From the NCBI RefSeq assembly GCF_006345805.1, contig NC_043026.1, positions 12,255,579 to 12,319,578 on the forward strand: DNA of 64,000 nt, read 5' to 3'. Position numbers and translations under genes: made by a program. The notes beneath the pieces were generated by a model. It worked only from the letters and a program-made list of their open reading frames with translations, did no database searches and had not been told where the DNA came from. This DNA is from Octopus sinensis. Its lineage: Eukaryota. Below, one piece after another: positions 62,561 to 64,000 of the stretch (positions are counted from its first letter, which is position 1; each line of letters opens with the position of its first letter).

Positions 62561-62652
62561 AACACAACCACAACACCCCCCACCCCAGCAACAAACACAT
62601 AGCCACAACCAGCATCACCTTAACACAGCACAACCACCACACCACATCATAC

Positions 62653-62877
62653 CTGCATGTCCTCTGTACTTCCTCTTCACTTGCCCCGTTGCCACATCCC
62701 AAAGGATCACCGATTTGTCCATACCACCAGAACATAGTGTGGCATTGTCGCAGGCTGAGTGGGCGTCAAGGACTTCGTAACCATGGCCAGAATATGTCTT
62801 CAAATGTAACTGTCGGTAGGGGTTCCACAGTTTTAAAGTCTTGTCACTACCACAGCTTATGCAATATTCTCCATCAG
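62653..62877 (-). CDS. WDR83: WDR83 exon (DGEYCISCGSDKTLKLWNPYRQLHLKTYSGHGYEVLDA...WDVATGQVKRKYRGHA-G)
   Basis: TAG acceptor, GT donor, phase 1 to 1, 225 nt; diagnostic CGSDKTLKLWNP and YSGHGYEVLDA of WDR83/MORG1. The upstream exon was not found in the window. Confidence 0.93.
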
Positions 62878-62994
62878 CTAGATGGCATGAGCAAAAGAAA
62901 AATTAAGCATTTAATTAGTTAATCAATCAATTTATGAAATAACAATGTATAATATAATTTTTGTTCTTGGGTAGCAACTGTTATCTCCTGTTTG

Positions 62995-63315
62995 TTTAAT
63001 AATAATAATAATAATAATAATAATGAAATTATTGTATACAGTGCTCAGGTGCACCACAACTTGTCAGAAAGTGCGTATAAAGCATGTGCCTTAATGTACA
63101 AATGTCTGGGAAGCGAAAAGTGTATGAGTCAGATACATGCTTGTGTGTGTATGGAGGGGAGAAAATCAGGTGTAGTGTTGGCGGATCTCAGGAAGCATGG
63201 AAGTTTTGAAGGATGCAGTGCTCTGACAACTAACAACTGATGCCGGCAGTTTGTTCCATGCTTCAGCAACTCTCAGTGTGAAAAAATGTTTCCTAAAGTC
63301 ATGGGAGCTGTGCTA
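62995..63315 (-). mobile_element. CR1-group LINE 3' end (second family)
   Basis: Same as the 10.1-kb units, with an (ATT)n tail. Confidence 0.8.
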
Positions 63316-63830
63316 GGAAGTATGGAAAATGGCTAATATTTCCTTCAAACTTTACTTTTGTTATGATATTTATTCAAGCCCTAAAGGCTCCCCCACTACT
63401 TCTGCTCATCATCAAAGATGCACATATTGTCAGCCACAAAGTGATTATGGTCAAGCAAATCTGTGGTATTGAGCAGAATATTTGCTATAATGATATTTCT
63501 GCTTCAGCTACTCAGTACTGAATCTGTCTGAAATGTAATGGAAAATAGGTCAGTTTGAAAACATTGATATCCAGCTCACAAAAGCAAAGTTTGAAGGGAA
63601 TGGTAGTCACTTCCTTTGATTTCTAGGTAGAAGAAAATAAGAAATAACACTCACTGACCAAAGACAAAAGAAAATTAAAATTTTGGGATCTTTTCCTTTT
63701 CAACGGCACATGTCAACAACAATTTCTAGTTAACTAAACACTTTAAAACTTCGTATTCTGGTAGAATGTGTCAAAATAAAACATTTTTTTCTCTTGACTT
63801 TCTTGAGAAAATTGTAATTTGTAAGTTTAA
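63315..63830 (-). repeat. Inverted, rearranged homologue of 57080-57739 plus 58754-58915
   Basis: For example, 63541-63625 is the reverse complement of about 57545-57630, and 63730-63825 of about 57390-57485. Confidence 0.75.
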
Positions 63831-63929
63831 CGTAGTTTAATTTTTCGAATTTTAACTAATGAATCGCCTCTAGTGAGCTAAATCATTTGCTGCGCCTAAA
63901 ACTGAGACAACATCCTGTCACTATGTATG

Positions 63930-63968
<39 letters not shown>

Positions 63969-64000
63969 ATGTATGTATATATATGCATGCGTGTGTATAT

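Noticed and set aside
62615-62803. ORF-track protein MKTYSGHG...CAVLR as a stand-alone gene
   Set aside because: It is an internal WDR83 exon (62877-62653). The listed start is a TTG and the C-terminal tail is intron read-through.
62878-64000. WDR83 first exon or a head-to-head WDR83OS gene
   Set aside because: No matching coding sequence was seen; the region is LINE and repeat sequence.

Overview
This is animal genomic DNA, most likely from an octopus or another coleoid cephalopod. That is my inference from the tRNA-SINE families, the (TA)n/(CAT)n load and the CDICGKSF-type zinc-finger genes. Host genes: two C2H2 zinc-finger genes on + whose fingers lie in one uninterrupted ORF (9 fingers at 34.2 kb, 19 fingers at 43.2 kb), and six coding exons of WDR83/MORG1 on - (62877 down to 50603; exon 1 was not found and probably lies beyond the window). 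The WDR83 terminal exon is present twice within a 909-bp tandem duplication. The rest is mostly repeats: several tRNA-derived SINE families, an RTE-type non-autonomous element with an expandable 5' minisatellite, CR1-group, RTE and R4/Dong-like LINE fragments, piggyBac-like MITEs, a Helitron-type element and microsatellites. The main non-coding signal is five minimal type I hammerhead ribozyme folds at 5.5, 22.3, 23.3, 28.6 and 30.1 kb. Four have long stem II inserts, all have palindromic stem III sequences (one decayed), and several lie in short (TA)n-anchored or fold-back modules around an RT-less Penelope-like GIY-YIG ORF at 25.3-26.5 kb. All pairings and coordinates were read by eye, and repeat boundaries are approximate (about +/-10-20 bp). 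Family letters A-F are working labels of mine.
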